Source: Planctomycetota bacterium | GTDB lineage: Bacteria; Planctomycetota; Phycisphaerae; Phycisphaerales; UBA5793 | Assembly: GCA_963205185.1 (NCBI GenBank) | Contig: CAUJHZ010000025.1 | Span: 74,874-138,873, forward strand | Length of the DNA: 64,000 nucleotides | Reading direction: 5' to 3' | In this document: piece after piece, positions 20,496-31,325 of the stretch | Layout: each line of letters begins with the position of its first letter | How positions within the stretch are numbered: the stretch's first letter is position 1 | Made by a program: the position numbers and the translations under genes | Notes under the pieces: generated by a model | The model's database searches: none | Seen by the model: only the letters and a program-made list of their open reading frames with translations | What the model was told of the DNA's origin: nothing

Positions 20496-21528
20496 CGCTC
20501 CCCCCTATCGTCGGCGCCATCGGCGCCTGGGTGATCGGGAAGAAACAGCGGTATGCACGGCCATCGCTCGTCTCGAGCAGTTCCGGCTCGTGGTCCACGC
20601 ATTGGTCCTGCCTGAAGCGGCAGCGCTCGGCAAAGCGGCACCCGGCCGGCAGGTGATGCAGGCTGGGCACGATGCCCGGGATGGTCGGCAGGCGCTTGCC
20701 ATGCTCGCGCCGGCCGCGCTTGGGAATCGACTCGAGCAGGGCCTGTGTGTACGGATGCTGGGGCCGGTGGAAGATGTCGTGCACGGTGCCCGATTCAATT
20801 ACCCGCCCCGCATACATGACGAGCACGCGGTCGCACACCTGGGCCACGACACCGAGGTTGTGCGTGATGAGCATGATGGCGGTGTTCAGTTTGCGCTTGA
20901 GACCCTCCATCAGATTGAGGATCTGGGCCTGGATCGTCACATCCAATGCCGTGGTCGGCTCGTCGGCAATCAGAATGTCCGGTTCGCAGCACAGGGCGAT
21001 GGCGATCATGACGCGCTGGCGCATGCCGCCAGAGAGTTGGTGCGGGTACTCGCTGATGCGGCGCTCGGGGTTGGGAATCTCGACGAGGCGGAGCATCTCG
21101 ATGGAGCGCTGCCGGCGCTGGGCCCGGTTGAGGTCCGTGTGATACTTGAGGGCTTCCTCGATCTGCCAGCCGATGCGAAAGACGGGATTGAGACTCGTCA
21201 TCGGCTCCTGGAAGATCATGGCGATCTGGTCGCCGCGCACACTCCGCATCCGACTCTCGCTTGCCGTGGCGAGGTTCATGCCGCGGAACATGATCTTGCT
21301 CGCCGGGTCGATGCGCGACACGCGCTCAGGAAGCAGCCGCATGATCGATTTGCTGGTGACGGTCTTGCCGCAGCCGGATTCACCGACGATTCCAACGGTC
21401 TCGCCGGCGTGAATGTCGAACGAGACGTCATCGACGGCCGTCACCAGCCCGAGATCGGTGCGAAAGCGCGTCGTCAGATGCCTGACGGAGAGGATGGGCT
21501 CGGAATGTGGTTGGCCGGCCTGGATCAT
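20482..21528 (-). CDS. Peptide/nickel ABC transporter ATP-binding protein (OppD/DppD-like)
   Basis: GESGCGKTVT, LSGGMRQRVMIA and ILIADEPTTALD. Confidence 0.9.
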   Translation of the reverse strand: MIQAGQPHSEPILSVRHLTTRFRTDLGLVTAVDDVSFDIHAGETVGIVGESGCGKTVTSKSIMRLLPERVSRIDPASKIMFRGMNLATASESRMRSVRGDQIAMIFQEPMTSLNPVFRIGWQIEEALKYHTDLNRAQRRQRSIEMLRLVEIPNPERRISEYPHQLSGGMRQRVMIAIALCCEPDILIADEPTTALDVTIQAQILNLMEGLKRKLNTAIMLITHNLGVVAQVCDRVLVMYAGRVIESGTVHDIFHRPQHPYTQALLESIPKRGRREHGKRLPTIPGIVPSLHHLPAGCRFAERCRFRQDQCVDHEPELLETSDGRAYRCFFPITQAPMAPTIGGSDVPA

Positions 21529-21535
21529 GGCTCTG

Positions 21536-22747
21536 TCAATCGACGTGTCTGGGATCGAACGCGTCCTGGAGCGCGTCGGTGAGTATGTTGAAGGCGAGAA
21601 CCAGCACGAACATGAGCACCGTCGCCGCTCCGATCTGCCAGAAAAAATAGGTGATGACTTCGTCCTTGGCGTCGCGGATCATGATGCCCCAGCTTGGCTG
21701 CCCCTTGACGCCCAGCCCGAGAAAACTCAGGATGACCTCGGACTTGATGGCGCCGATGAACAGCAGCGAGAAGTTGATGAACATGAGATGCGCGGTGTTG
21801 GGGATAACGTGGCGCACCAGGATGTACAGCCGCGAGAATCCGATCGCCGTCGCCGCCTGCACGTATTCGAGTTCCTTGATCTTCATCGTCTCGCCGCGGA
21901 TCACGCGGCACGGTCCGATCCAGAACGTCGAGCAGAATGCAACGTACACCGGCACCAGCGAAAGAAACGGCCGCTCGGGATTGTCGAAAATTGTGCCGAA
22001 AAACACGACGATGAGCACCGACAGCAGCACGAGATACGGAATCGACGAGAGCGTGGAGAAGATCCACGTGATGACGTGGTCGATCCAGCCGCCGAAGAAC
22101 GCCGCAGCCGCGCCGAGCAGGCTGCCGATGATCACGGAGATCACGCTGGTGATCAGCCCGATCTGGAAGGCGACTTTGACGGAATAGACCGCGCGAACCG
22201 AGATCGACTGCCCGGCCGCATCGCTGCCCAGGAACGTGCGCAGCCGGTACTTCACGCCTTCCCAGCCCTGCGGCACCGGGTAGAGCGCCGCGGCGATCTC
22301 TTCGAGCCGCTCCACGCGCGGCTCGAGTTCGGGGTGATGGCTGAGATCTTCAACCCCTTCGAGTTCATCTTCGAGCACGGCGAACGCTTCGTCGAGAAGT
22401 TCGTTGTACTCGTCCGTGGACATCTTGGCCGCGCGGCGCTCGGCCAGCGCCTTGTCCGCGAGGATTTCGTACGCGTCCTGATCCCGCCGCGAGGCAAGGC
22501 GCACCGCCTGATCGACCTCGTCGATGTAGTGCATCGCGAACGCCACGCGCTCCTCGAGCGTGCGCGTCTCAAGAAAGCCCGGCACCTGCTTGGGAGCGAC
22601 GCGCTGCCGCGTGGCCTCCATGCTGATCCCGCCCAGGAGCACCCACAGCGCGGTCAGAAAATACACCGCGATGATGCCCAGCGCCGCCATCGCCAGGCGA
22701 TTGCGGGTGAACTTGCGGGCCCCGCGCGATTTGAGCAGCCGGCGCAT
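21536..22747 (-). CDS. Peptide ABC transporter permease (OppC/DppC-like) with extended N-terminal periplasmic region
   Basis: Start at ATG 22745-22747 (MRRLLKSRGARKFTRNRLAMAALGIIAVYFL). The upstream part of the 542-aa track ORF is His/Arg-rich junk. The start shares 1 nt with the OppB-like stop (TAATG). Confidence 0.85.
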   Translation of the reverse strand: MRRLLKSRGARKFTRNRLAMAALGIIAVYFLTALWVLLGGISMEATRQRVAPKQVPGFLETRTLEERVAFAMHYIDEVDQAVRLASRRDQDAYEILADKALAERRAAKMSTDEYNELLDEAFAVLEDELEGVEDLSHHPELEPRVERLEEIAAALYPVPQGWEGVKYRLRTFLGSDAAGQSISVRAVYSVKVAFQIGLITSVISVIIGSLLGAAAAFFGGWIDHVITWIFSTLSSIPYLVLLSVLIVVFFGTIFDNPERPFLSLVPVYVAFCSTFWIGPCRVIRGETMKIKELEYVQAATAIGFSRLYILVRHVIPNTAHLMFINFSLLFIGAIKSEVILSFLGLGVKGQPSWGIMIRDAKDEVITYFFWQIGAATVLMFVLVLAFNILTDALQDAFDPRHVD

Positions 22748-23751
22748 TACGACAGCCTCACTCTCGGATCGACGAGCGCATAGAGCACGTCGGTCAGGAT
22801 GATCGAGAGAATGTAGAGCAGCGCGATCACGGCCGTGAACCCCTGGATCATCGGGTAGTCCATGTCGGTGATGGCGGTGATCAGCGTGCGCCCCATGCCC
22901 GGGATATTGAAGTACATTTCGAGCAGGATCGAGCCGGTGATCAGGAACGGCAGCGTGGTCATGATGCGCGTGATGATGGGGATCATCGCGTTCTTGAGCA
23001 TGTGTACGAACATGATCTTGCTCTTCGTGGCGCCTTTGGCTCTGGCCGTGATGATGTAGTCGCGATTGCACTCTTCGACCATCACGGCGCGGTAGAAGCG
23101 CGTGTCGTAACCCATGGCGACGACGACGCTGATGAGCACGGGCAGCAGGCAGAACTTCACCCACGTCATCGCGTCCGGCACGGGGATCGTCAGGCCGAAA
23201 ATGTCAACGCTCGACAGCCTGTACCAGTCGCCGTATCCCACGATGGCCAGCGGCCAATCCTCTCCGAAGACGTTTCGGGGCAGAGCCGCTCCAAAGAACT
23301 GCCCGAAGATGATGTACACGAGGAAACTGATGCTCATGCCCAGCACCGCAGCGATGACCAGCAGGCGGTCGAGCAGTCGCCCTCGGTTGAACGCCGACAG
23401 CAGCCCCACGGTGATTGAGAGAAGGCTCGTCAGCACGAGCGCCGGCACCGTGATCGACAGCGACGGTGGAATGGCGCCCAGCAGCTTTTCGCGCACGGTC
23501 GTACCCTTGTACTTCCAACTCTCGCCAAAGTCGAGTTGAATGCCGTTCCAGAGGAAGCGGCCGTACTGCACGATGAACGGATCCTTCAGGCCGAACGACT
23601 TCTCAAACTCCTCGATCTGCTTCGCATCCGCATTCTTCCCCAGGTACGCATACACAGGATTGCGCACGCGCAGCAGCACCATGACGAGCAGGATGATGCC
23701 GAGGTAGACCGGGATGTTGTAGAGCAGGCGTCGAAGGATGAACGACCACAT
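22747..23751 (-). CDS. Peptide ABC transporter permease (OppB/DppB-like)
   Basis: MWSFILRRLLYNIPVYLGIILLVMVLL is the typical OppB N-terminus. The protein is polytopic and ends LYALVDPRVRL. Confidence 0.88.
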   Translation of the reverse strand: MWSFILRRLLYNIPVYLGIILLVMVLLRVRNPVYAYLGKNADAKQIEEFEKSFGLKDPFIVQYGRFLWNGIQLDFGESWKYKGTTVREKLLGAIPPSLSITVPALVLTSLLSITVGLLSAFNRGRLLDRLLVIAAVLGMSISFLVYIIFGQFFGAALPRNVFGEDWPLAIVGYGDWYRLSSVDIFGLTIPVPDAMTWVKFCLLPVLISVVVAMGYDTRFYRAVMVEECNRDYIITARAKGATKSKIMFVHMLKNAMIPIITRIMTTLPFLITGSILLEMYFNIPGMGRTLITAITDMDYPMIQGFTAVIALLYILSIILTDVLYALVDPRVRLS

Positions 23752-23784
23752 GGCCGGCAGTCTCCGCTGGTGGGGCGAGGCGAA

Positions 23785-25608
23785 TCAGCGGGACGAGCCG
23801 CCCGGGCGCTTTGAGTCATCCACGTCCAGGTATTTCATCCAGGTGTAAAAGGTTTCGGTCGGCTTGAAGTTCAGCAGCCACGGGTTGACAAGGAAGTGGC
23901 GAATGCGCGCCATCGACCCCGCGTACGGGCAGTCTTCGAGCACCATGTCGCGCATCTGGATGTAGATGGCGGTGCGCTCAGGGCCGGGCGGCATCGTCCG
24001 AATCTTCTCGTAGAGCCGGTCGTACTCGGCGTTCTTGTAGTTGAAGTGATTCGGCTTGGGCGCTTCGTTGGGGCCGTAGAAAAGCGCGAGGTTGTTCTCC
24101 GCGTCGGGATAGTCGCTGCCCCACGCGAAGGAGAAGAACGGCGCCTTCTTGTTGTCCACCGCCTCCATCAGCGTGGAGAAGTCCACCAGGCGCGGGTTGA
24201 TCCTGATGTTCACCTTGGCCAGTTGCCGCGCCGTGAGAGCGGCCATGCGCTCCGATGTCCCGCCGCTGCTGGTGTAGTAGTCGATGATGGGCAGATCCTT
24301 CCCATCCGGATAGCCCGCCTCGGCGAGGAACTGGCGAGCCCGTTCGAGGTCCGGCCCGCGCCACGCATTGGACAGGTGGCCGTCTTCCGGATGGCCATCC
24401 AAGCCATGCGGGATCATGCCGTCGTAGATGAGAGCCGTGCCGTTGTAGTAGGCTTCGTTCAGCTCGTCCCAGTCGAGGGCGAGGCAGATGGCCTTGCGCA
24501 GGGCCCGCTTCTCCTTCGTGTAGCCTCCCAGCAGCGGGTCTTCCATGTTGAAGCCGCGAAAGATGAAGTCGATGAGCGGCACCTTGTGGGCCGTGATCCC
24601 CCGCTGCTCGTAGGTCCTCTTGAGATTGCCCGAGCGGCGCGAAAACGCCTCTTCGTACGCGGTCTCCGGCACCGTGGTGTAATCGAGTTCGCCCGCTTCG
24701 AACTTGAGCCACATCGGCTGGCTCTCCACGAAGAAGGTGATCTCGATGCGATCGACGATCGGCAGTTTCTGACCGGCGGCCTTCGTGAAGCCCGCCTCCG
24801 CGTCCCCGGGCATCGCTTCGCTCGGATAGAACTCGTCGCGATAGTTCGGGTTTCGCTTGAGCACCAGGCTCGTGCCGATCTGCCAGTCGCTCTCATTCTC
24901 GAGCATGAACGGGCCGCTGCCGACGGGATGGCGATTGAAGCGGTCGCCGTACTTCTCCACCGCCTCGCGCGGCACGATGGACAACTGGAACATCGCCAGC
25001 TTCCACATGAACTGCTGCACCGGTCGCTTGAACACGAGTTCGAACTCGTGGTCGTTGATCAGACGAAAGCCCTCGACGGGCGCGTCGTAATTGAACGAAC
25101 CCGACTGCTGCTGCGCCTCCTTGAACTCGTCCAGCCCGACGATGGTGTCTTCGAGCAGCCAGTACGACTTGAACTGATACTTCGGGTCGGCGGCGCGCTT
25201 CCAGGAGTAGAAGACATCCGAGGCCACGATCTCGCGCCCCTTGCCGTCGGGAAAGCAGGGATCGTCCTGGAACCGCACGCCCTTCTTGAGCGTGCAGTGC
25301 CAGACCTTGCCGTCTTCGGAAATCTGCGGCATCTCGGCCAGCAGCGAAGGTTCAAGTTCGAAAGGCCGCTTGAGATACTTGTACTGCACCAGCGTGTCGA
25401 AGATCTGCGAGCAGCAGCGGTTCTCGTAGGTCGTCGACCCGACGATCGGATCGAGCGACTTGGGCCCATCGGTGGTCATGGGCAGCCGCAGGACTTTGTC
25501 GGCCGCCGCGCCCGATTCCCCGCCGGCTGACGCCGGGGATGGGGCGGCCGCGAGTGCGGACAGGACCGCGGCGAAGGTCATCGTGCGTCGCATTGAGACA
25601 CTGATCAT
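23785..25608 (-). CDS. ABC transporter substrate-binding protein, family 5 (OppA-like)
   Basis: Start at ATG 25606-25608 preceded by GAGGAG. The signal peptide is MISVSMRRTMTFAAVLSALAAAPSPASA. Size (~600 aa) and position at the head of the permease/ATPase operon also fit. Confidence 0.85.
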   Translation of the reverse strand: MISVSMRRTMTFAAVLSALAAAPSPASAGGESGAAADKVLRLPMTTDGPKSLDPIVGSTTYENRCCSQIFDTLVQYKYLKRPFELEPSLLAEMPQISEDGKVWHCTLKKGVRFQDDPCFPDGKGREIVASDVFYSWKRAADPKYQFKSYWLLEDTIVGLDEFKEAQQQSGSFNYDAPVEGFRLINDHEFELVFKRPVQQFMWKLAMFQLSIVPREAVEKYGDRFNRHPVGSGPFMLENESDWQIGTSLVLKRNPNYRDEFYPSEAMPGDAEAGFTKAAGQKLPIVDRIEITFFVESQPMWLKFEAGELDYTTVPETAYEEAFSRRSGNLKRTYEQRGITAHKVPLIDFIFRGFNMEDPLLGGYTKEKRALRKAICLALDWDELNEAYYNGTALIYDGMIPHGLDGHPEDGHLSNAWRGPDLERARQFLAEAGYPDGKDLPIIDYYTSSGGTSERMAALTARQLAKVNIRINPRLVDFSTLMEAVDNKKAPFFSFAWGSDYPDAENNLALFYGPNEAPKPNHFNYKNAEYDRLYEKIRTMPPGPERTAIYIQMRDMVLEDCPYAGSMARIRHFLVNPWLLNFKPTETFYTWMKYLDVDDSKRPGGSSR

Positions 25609-25903
25609 GCTCGTACTCCTCGAAGAGGCCCCGGAGCCGCCGTCATCGGTTGGGGAGGGGGCATCGCCGCACACGGGTGAGGCTGGGCACACCCGCATCC
25701 ACGCAATGCGGCGGCAGTTTGCTGTTTTAACCGCCGGACGCTCCACCAGTTGAGACGGCGTCCCGGCGATGTTCATTCCACGCACATTCTATCGCGATTC
25801 TGCATCCGGGCCGAGGTCATCGTTCGACTTGCGCGGCCAACTCCCGCGGATGTGGTGAACGGGCCGCAAGCTGCCATAATGCTGCTCCCAAAGGAGGTGG
25901 CCC

Positions 25904-26275
25904 ATGGCCTACGTCGATGGATTCGTGCTGCCGGTGCCCAAGGCTCGGCTGGCTGATTACCGCCGCATGGCGCGGCTCGCTTCCAAAGTCTGGCTCGAAT
26001 ACGGCGCCCTCGAGTACCGCGAATGCGCGGGCGATGATCTCGACATCAAGGGCGTCGTGCCCTTCACAAAATGCGCCGGCGTGAAGCGCGGCGAAACCGT
26101 CGTCTTCGCATGGATCGTCTACAAGTCCAAGTCGCATCGCGACCGCGTCAACGCCAAGGTGTGCAGCGACCCGCGCCTCAAAAAGATGATGGCGAAGGAT
26201 CCGACGAATCTTCCGTGCGATCTCAGTCGCATGGTCTACGGCGGATTCAAGACCATCGTCGAGGGCAAGGCGTAG
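25904..26275 (+). CDS. DUF1428-family protein
   Basis: 123 aa, with AAGGAGG Shine-Dalgarno upstream. [23 protein letters not shown]...[14 protein letters not shown] matches my memory of DUF1428. Confidence 0.7.
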   Translation: MAYVDGFVLPVPKARLADYRRMARLASKVWLEYGALEYRECAGDDLDIKGVVPFTKCAGVKRGETVVFAWIVYKSKSHRDRVNAKVCSDPRLKKMMAKDPTNLPCDLSRMVYGGFKTIVEGKA

Positions 26276-26307
26276 CATTCACGCCCGGGGGCCAGAAGGA
26301 GAAGCAC

Positions 26308-27495
<1,188 letters not shown>

Positions 27496-27507
27496 ATACC
27501 CCCCTCG

Positions 27508-27611
27508 CAAGCCCGCAGCGCAAGCAAGGACACTGCAGCGCAAGCAAGGACAAGCCCCCAAGCCCGCAGCGCAAGCAAGGACAGCCCAAGCCCGCAACGC
27601 AAGCAAGGACA
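27508..27611 (+). repeat. Four direct copies of an 18-nt motif GCAGCGCAAGCAAGGACA (REP-like array)
   Basis: Copies at 27515-27532, 27535-27552, 27566-27583 and 27594-27611 (one mismatch). Three copies extend 5' as (C)AAGCCC. The array lies between the BNR gene stop and the transposase start. Confidence 0.9.
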
Positions 27612-27632
27612 CCGGAGCAAGCGACAAGTCCC

Positions 27633-28109
27633 ATGCCCACCCGCACCTTCCACATCGTCTGGACCACCTACGGCACGTGGCTTCCCGGCGATCAACGAGG
27701 GTGGGTTCACAAAGGTACACGCGGTGTCCAGCCGCCCGACGAGGAGCGAGAGGCCGCAGCGCGCCGGCGACTGGCGCAACAACCGGTCCAGCTCACGGAT
27801 CCGCAGCGGCGTATCGTCGAGCAGACCATACGAACTCACTGCCGCGTGCGAGGCTGGAGCCCCTACGCGGTGAATGTCCGTTCCAATCATGTGCACGTCG
27901 TTCTACGCACCGACCGTGAGGCGTGGGACGTGATGAAGCAACTCAAGTCGTGGTGCTCGCGCCGCTTGTCGGATGCGGAGCGGCTGGACGACGTCGTAGC
28001 CCGGCGAGCCGGTCGGCGCCGGTGGTTTACCGAGGGCGGAAAGTGCAAGACAATTGAGAATGAGCAGTACCTTGAGAATGCGGTTCAATATGTGCTGCAT
28101 GGCCAGTGA
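27633..28109 (+). CDS. IS200/IS605-family Y1 (HUH) transposase-like protein, RAYT-like
   Basis: 158 aa from ATG 27633 (MPTRTFHIVWTTYGTWLPGD). HUH motif SNHVHVVL and C-terminal Tyr motif AVQYVLHGQ. Confidence 0.8.
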   Translation: MPTRTFHIVWTTYGTWLPGDQRGWVHKGTRGVQPPDEEREAAARRRLAQQPVQLTDPQRRIVEQTIRTHCRVRGWSPYAVNVRSNHVHVVLRTDREAWDVMKQLKSWCSRRLSDAERLDDVVARRAGRRRWFTEGGKCKTIENEQYLENAVQYVLHGQ

Positions 28110-28139
28110 ATGGCGTGTTGTCGCTGACGCTCCCCGAGT

Positions 28140-28162
28140 TCCTTGCTTGCGCTGCGGGCTTG
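28140..28162 (-). repeat. Inverted copy of the upstream repeat
   Basis: TCCTTGCTTGCGCTGCGGGCTTG is the perfect reverse complement of CAAGCCCGCAGCGCAAGCAAGGA at 27508-27530 (also at 27559-27581). Confidence 0.9.
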
Positions 28163-28172
28163 TGGAGGTCCG

Positions 28173-28472
28173 ATGATTCGGGTCACGATCCCCTTCCATC
28201 TTCGCACGCTCTCAGGAGCGCAAGGCGAGATCGCACTCGATGTGCCGGGCGAATTGCCGACGCTGCGGCATGTCCTTGATGCGCTCGAGGCGCAGTATCC
28301 GATGCTCAAGGGCACTATCCGCGACCACGTCACCGGGAAACGGCGCGATTTCGTGCGCTTCTTCGCCTGCGGCAAGGACCTCTCCAACGACGGCCCGGAT
28401 GCGCCGCTGCCCGAAGGCGTCACCACCGGCCGCGAGCCGCTGATGATCATCGGAGCGATCGCGGGCGGGTGA
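28173..28472 (+). CDS. MoaD/ThiS-family ubiquitin-like beta-grasp protein with C-terminal Gly-Gly
   Basis: 99 aa from ATG 28173, with GGAGG 4 nt upstream. It ends ...[10 protein letters not shown] followed by the stop. Size and terminal GG fit sulfur-carrier or small-modifier proteins. Confidence 0.75.
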   Translation: MIRVTIPFHLRTLSGAQGEIALDVPGELPTLRHVLDALEAQYPMLKGTIRDHVTGKRRDFVRFFACGKDLSNDGPDAPLPEGVTTGREPLMIIGAIAGG

Positions 28473-28508
28473 TGGGGGACGGCGTGATGCCCCGTTCTGT
28501 GTACGTCC

Positions 28509-29225
28509 TCACGCCGCACACCCCGCCACCTCCCCATCCGCAACGCCCCACCCCTCCACGCGCGCCACCACGCGCTGCGACCACGGCCCGACCTCACCGG
28601 TCGCATCCGCCCACCGGCCCCAGTACACGATCATGCGCGGCCCGGCCGGCGCGGGAAACTCCACGCGCATCGGGCTGCTCGTGAACGAGCGCAAATACCA
28701 CGGCCGCGCGCCCGGCGATCCCGGAATCGCCCGCCCCGGCTCGACCATCTCAATAAACAACTCCAGCCGACTCGCCCCGCGCGGCTTGGCCCGGCTGCGC
28801 GCGCCCCACTCCTCCCGGAACTCCAGCAGATGCACGCCGCGCTCCGAACCGAGGTAGCGCAGGTGCGGCGCATGCTTCGGGCACTCCCGCCGACGCAGGC
28901 GGCCCGGCCGCTCGCGCACGCCCACGCATACCTTGGCCGACCTCGAAATCTCCGGATTCGCACGGATCAACGCGCCGAACTTGCGCACGATTCGCTCCGC
29001 CCGCTGCCGCGCTGCATCCTTCTCCATGATGGTCCGCGTCGATCGCGTGCTCGGCCAGGACGCCAGGGCCAGATGATGACGAAACTCCGACACGGCGTGG
29101 CCGATGTCCCGCGCATCCTCCGCCGAGAGGAAATACCGCGCGGGGTCGAGCGCGATGGCATCCGAAAAGACCCGCGCCATGCGGGCAAAGCCGCGGTCCG
29201 AATCAGGAATGAACTTTCCAGCCAT
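28509..29225 (-). CDS. Hypothetical protein
   Basis: Track ORF trimmed to ATG 29223-29225 (MAGKFIPDSDRGFARMARVF). Composition is plausible and no family is recognised. Convergent with the MoaD-like gene. Confidence 0.5.
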   Translation of the reverse strand: MAGKFIPDSDRGFARMARVFSDAIALDPARYFLSAEDARDIGHAVSEFRHHLALASWPSTRSTRTIMEKDAARQRAERIVRKFGALIRANPEISRSAKVCVGVRERPGRLRRRECPKHAPHLRYLGSERGVHLLEFREEWGARSRAKPRGASRLELFIEMVEPGRAIPGSPGARPWYLRSFTSSPMRVEFPAPAGPRMIVYWGRWADATGEVGPWSQRVVARVEGWGVADGEVAGCAA

Positions 29226-30084
29226 GTCGAGACCTCTCATGGTCGATGAATCAGGAATCAACGAGCCGCGCATGGAAGACAATCCGAGCCCCGACTGTCA
29301 GGGAGGGCCTTCGCCGTTGACCAGCCTTCGCGTTCCAGCATCGCGCCACTCGCCGCACTCGCCGAAGACCCGTGCTTACGCGTGGGGCTCGGTTCCATTT
29401 TCGCCATCGGCCAATAACGCACCGTTCTTCACGCCTGATCTCCAAATCGGCCCCGCGACTTGCGATTCATCCCGCCCGCACCGCGAGCGATCGCACGGCC
29501 CGCGCGAGTCCGCCCCGCAGCCCTGCGAGCCGCCTGGCCCGCTCCGGTCGCCGATTCTCCCGCTCCAGTTCTGATGCGGTCCCGCCCGCGAGCCGATCGC
29601 GGCCAGCCGGGAGCGATTTCTTAACTCTCAAGAGTCCCGGCGCGGGACACCCATCCCTGCGCGCCGAAAGCGCCGCAGCCCCCGCCCGACAAGCGAATCC
29701 CCCGCCCCGCCGCGCAGTAGCCTCATCGAGCGCCACGAATCCGCCCCGGACCCACGAGATTGACCCGCGGCGCCGCGCGAACGCCCCTTTCAATCGTGCG
29801 TTTCCCCCGTCCAGCGCGACGTTTGCGCGCAGGAAACATCAAAGAAACGCCGAGCCGGCGTGGGGTGACGATAAGCGACGCTCGGGGGAGCGCATCCCAC
29901 CGGGCTGGACCCCTGCCGCCGGATCACACGCGAATCCGCACCCAGCCGCCCGCGATCGGAACCACCGCCCCCGCGCCACGGCACACCCAACTAAGGTGGA
30001 TACGCCTCCAAAGCCGCACCTTTCCCGCCCTACGATTCCGGGCTACTTGCTGCCTGACCCAACACGTGAATCTCAGAGGTCGCA

Positions 30085-30684
30085 ATGTTCGGTTGGTTAC
30101 GAAGTCGAAGGCGCACACCTGACCAGATCGCCGGGAACTTCGCCGACATCTTCGCAGAGCCACTGCTGGATGAATTCTCGGCGCGTTCCGCAAAATGCTT
30201 CGCAGCCGAGCATATGGCGGTTTTGATGGCCACATGGCTCTGGACAGTGGACTGCGGAATCGCATCGGCAGACACGACGTGGGGAACTGAAACCAAGTTG
30301 TTGCTCTGGTACGCCGTGTGCGCCGCGACAGCCGCACACATCGCGGATTCGGCGCTTGGCCGAGCATCAAACATGGACCCCCAGCATCTGATTGAGCGAA
30401 CTACGTTGCACTTTCGCCAAGCGCGCCGCTGCTGCGCCGGTCTGGACAATCTCCGCCGTGAGGCCGAGTGGCACATCTGGTACCGAGAGGCAGTTCTGAA
30501 CACCCAGCAGATCATCATTCCGACGGAAGACGAATCAGTCTACATCGCACAAGAGCTCTTTCCCGAAACGCGGATAACCCCCATGATGTTGGCTGCGGAC
30601 TGCCATCGCCTTGCGTGCGCGATCCGCACGAATGCCGAGTTGTGGACGAGTGTCGGCGGGCATTTCGACCTCGTGATGCCATAG
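30085..30684 (+). CDS. Hypothetical protein (orphan, in the AT-richer islet)
   Basis: 199 aa, with AGAGG Shine-Dalgarno about 6 nt upstream of the ATG. The sequence looks helical with balanced composition. No family recognised. Confidence 0.55.
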   Translation: MFGWLRSRRRTPDQIAGNFADIFAEPLLDEFSARSAKCFAAEHMAVLMATWLWTVDCGIASADTTWGTETKLLLWYAVCAATAAHIADSALGRASNMDPQHLIERTTLHFRQARRCCAGLDNLRREAEWHIWYREAVLNTQQIIIPTEDESVYIAQELFPETRITPMMLAADCHRLACAIRTNAELWTSVGGHFDLVMP

Positions 30685-30779
30685 TCGTGTCGCAGTCATG
30701 GGCATCGTTGAACCAGCAGTCGACGAGACGATTCATTGGACATTGACCCCGATGCTGTTGTGCGCACTAACTTTTGCCA

Positions 30780-31196
30780 TCAGTCTCTTACATAAGACAC
30801 AATCCGATAATCCTCGACGATTCGGCCGCATTCAAGGGCAAGACGAATACGCGCCATTTCGGTCGCTGCGCTGTCCTCATCATCAAACCCGAATAGCACA
30901 CTTCGGAGGTAGGGCTTCTTGTGCTCTGTGTCCCTGTCGTCCTCGACCACTCGCACCCAAATCCAAAGATAATAGTTAACATACAAGACAAAGAGGCCGG
31001 GGTGCGCCAGCGAGTCCGCGAACTGAAAGGTAAACCGACCTGTCTCACAGAATTGCTCATCGCTGCAATCGGCTACGGCTCTGAAACCCCCAATCGAGTT
31101 CGCGAGGGCGCGTAGCATCCCTGCTATCTGAGGGTTGCGATCATGTTGCCGACGGGCTTCAACGGTGATATGACCGAGTTTCGATGGCTTTGTCAT
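30780..31196 (-). CDS. Hypothetical protein (orphan, downstream of the HNH gene)
   Basis: 138 aa, with GGAGG 4 nt upstream of ATG 31194-31196. No family recognised. Confidence 0.5.
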   Translation of the reverse strand: MTKPSKLGHITVEARRQHDRNPQIAGMLRALANSIGGFRAVADCSDEQFCETGRFTFQFADSLAHPGLFVLYVNYYLWIWVRVVEDDRDTEHKKPYLRSVLFGFDDEDSAATEMARIRLALECGRIVEDYRIVSYVRD

Positions 31197-31325
31197 TGCC
31201 CCTCCAAATCGAATCAGCAGGTTAGCAGCAACGAACAGATTTCACATTGCATCCCGATTCTTGCGATCTGCCAACCTCTTGCGGAATTCGCGATCTCTCG
31301 GCGGCGCTTGGCTGCGTCGCCCAAG

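Larger units (their letters stand above)
27508..28162 (+). mobile_element. RAYT/IS200-like transposase unit bracketed by a 23-nt perfect inverted repeat
   Basis: A Y1 transposase gene flanked by the direct-repeat array on the left and one inverted copy on the right. The unit sits in the spacer between two unrelated genes. Confidence 0.65.

Noticed and set aside
21413-25530. Long plus-strand ORFs 21413..22783 (456 aa) and 23896..25530 (544 aa)
   Set aside because: They are antisense to the OppC-like and OppA-like genes. They are extremely Arg/His/Asp-rich or Arg/Val/Glu-rich with no motifs. The minus-strand genes form a coherent ABC operon.
27508-27611. Possible mini-CRISPR array (four copies of an 18-nt repeat)
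   Set aside because: The spacers are only 2, 13 and 10 nt long and the repeat is 18 nt. There are no cas genes. An inverted copy lies beyond an HUH transposase gene. This fits REP/RAYT repeats, not CRISPR.
29372-30226. 284-aa plus-strand ORF in the long gap
   Set aside because: It is Pro/Arg/Ser/Ala-rich low-complexity sequence with no Shine-Dalgarno, and it runs into the well-supported gene at 30085 in another frame. I treat the region as non-coding or decayed.
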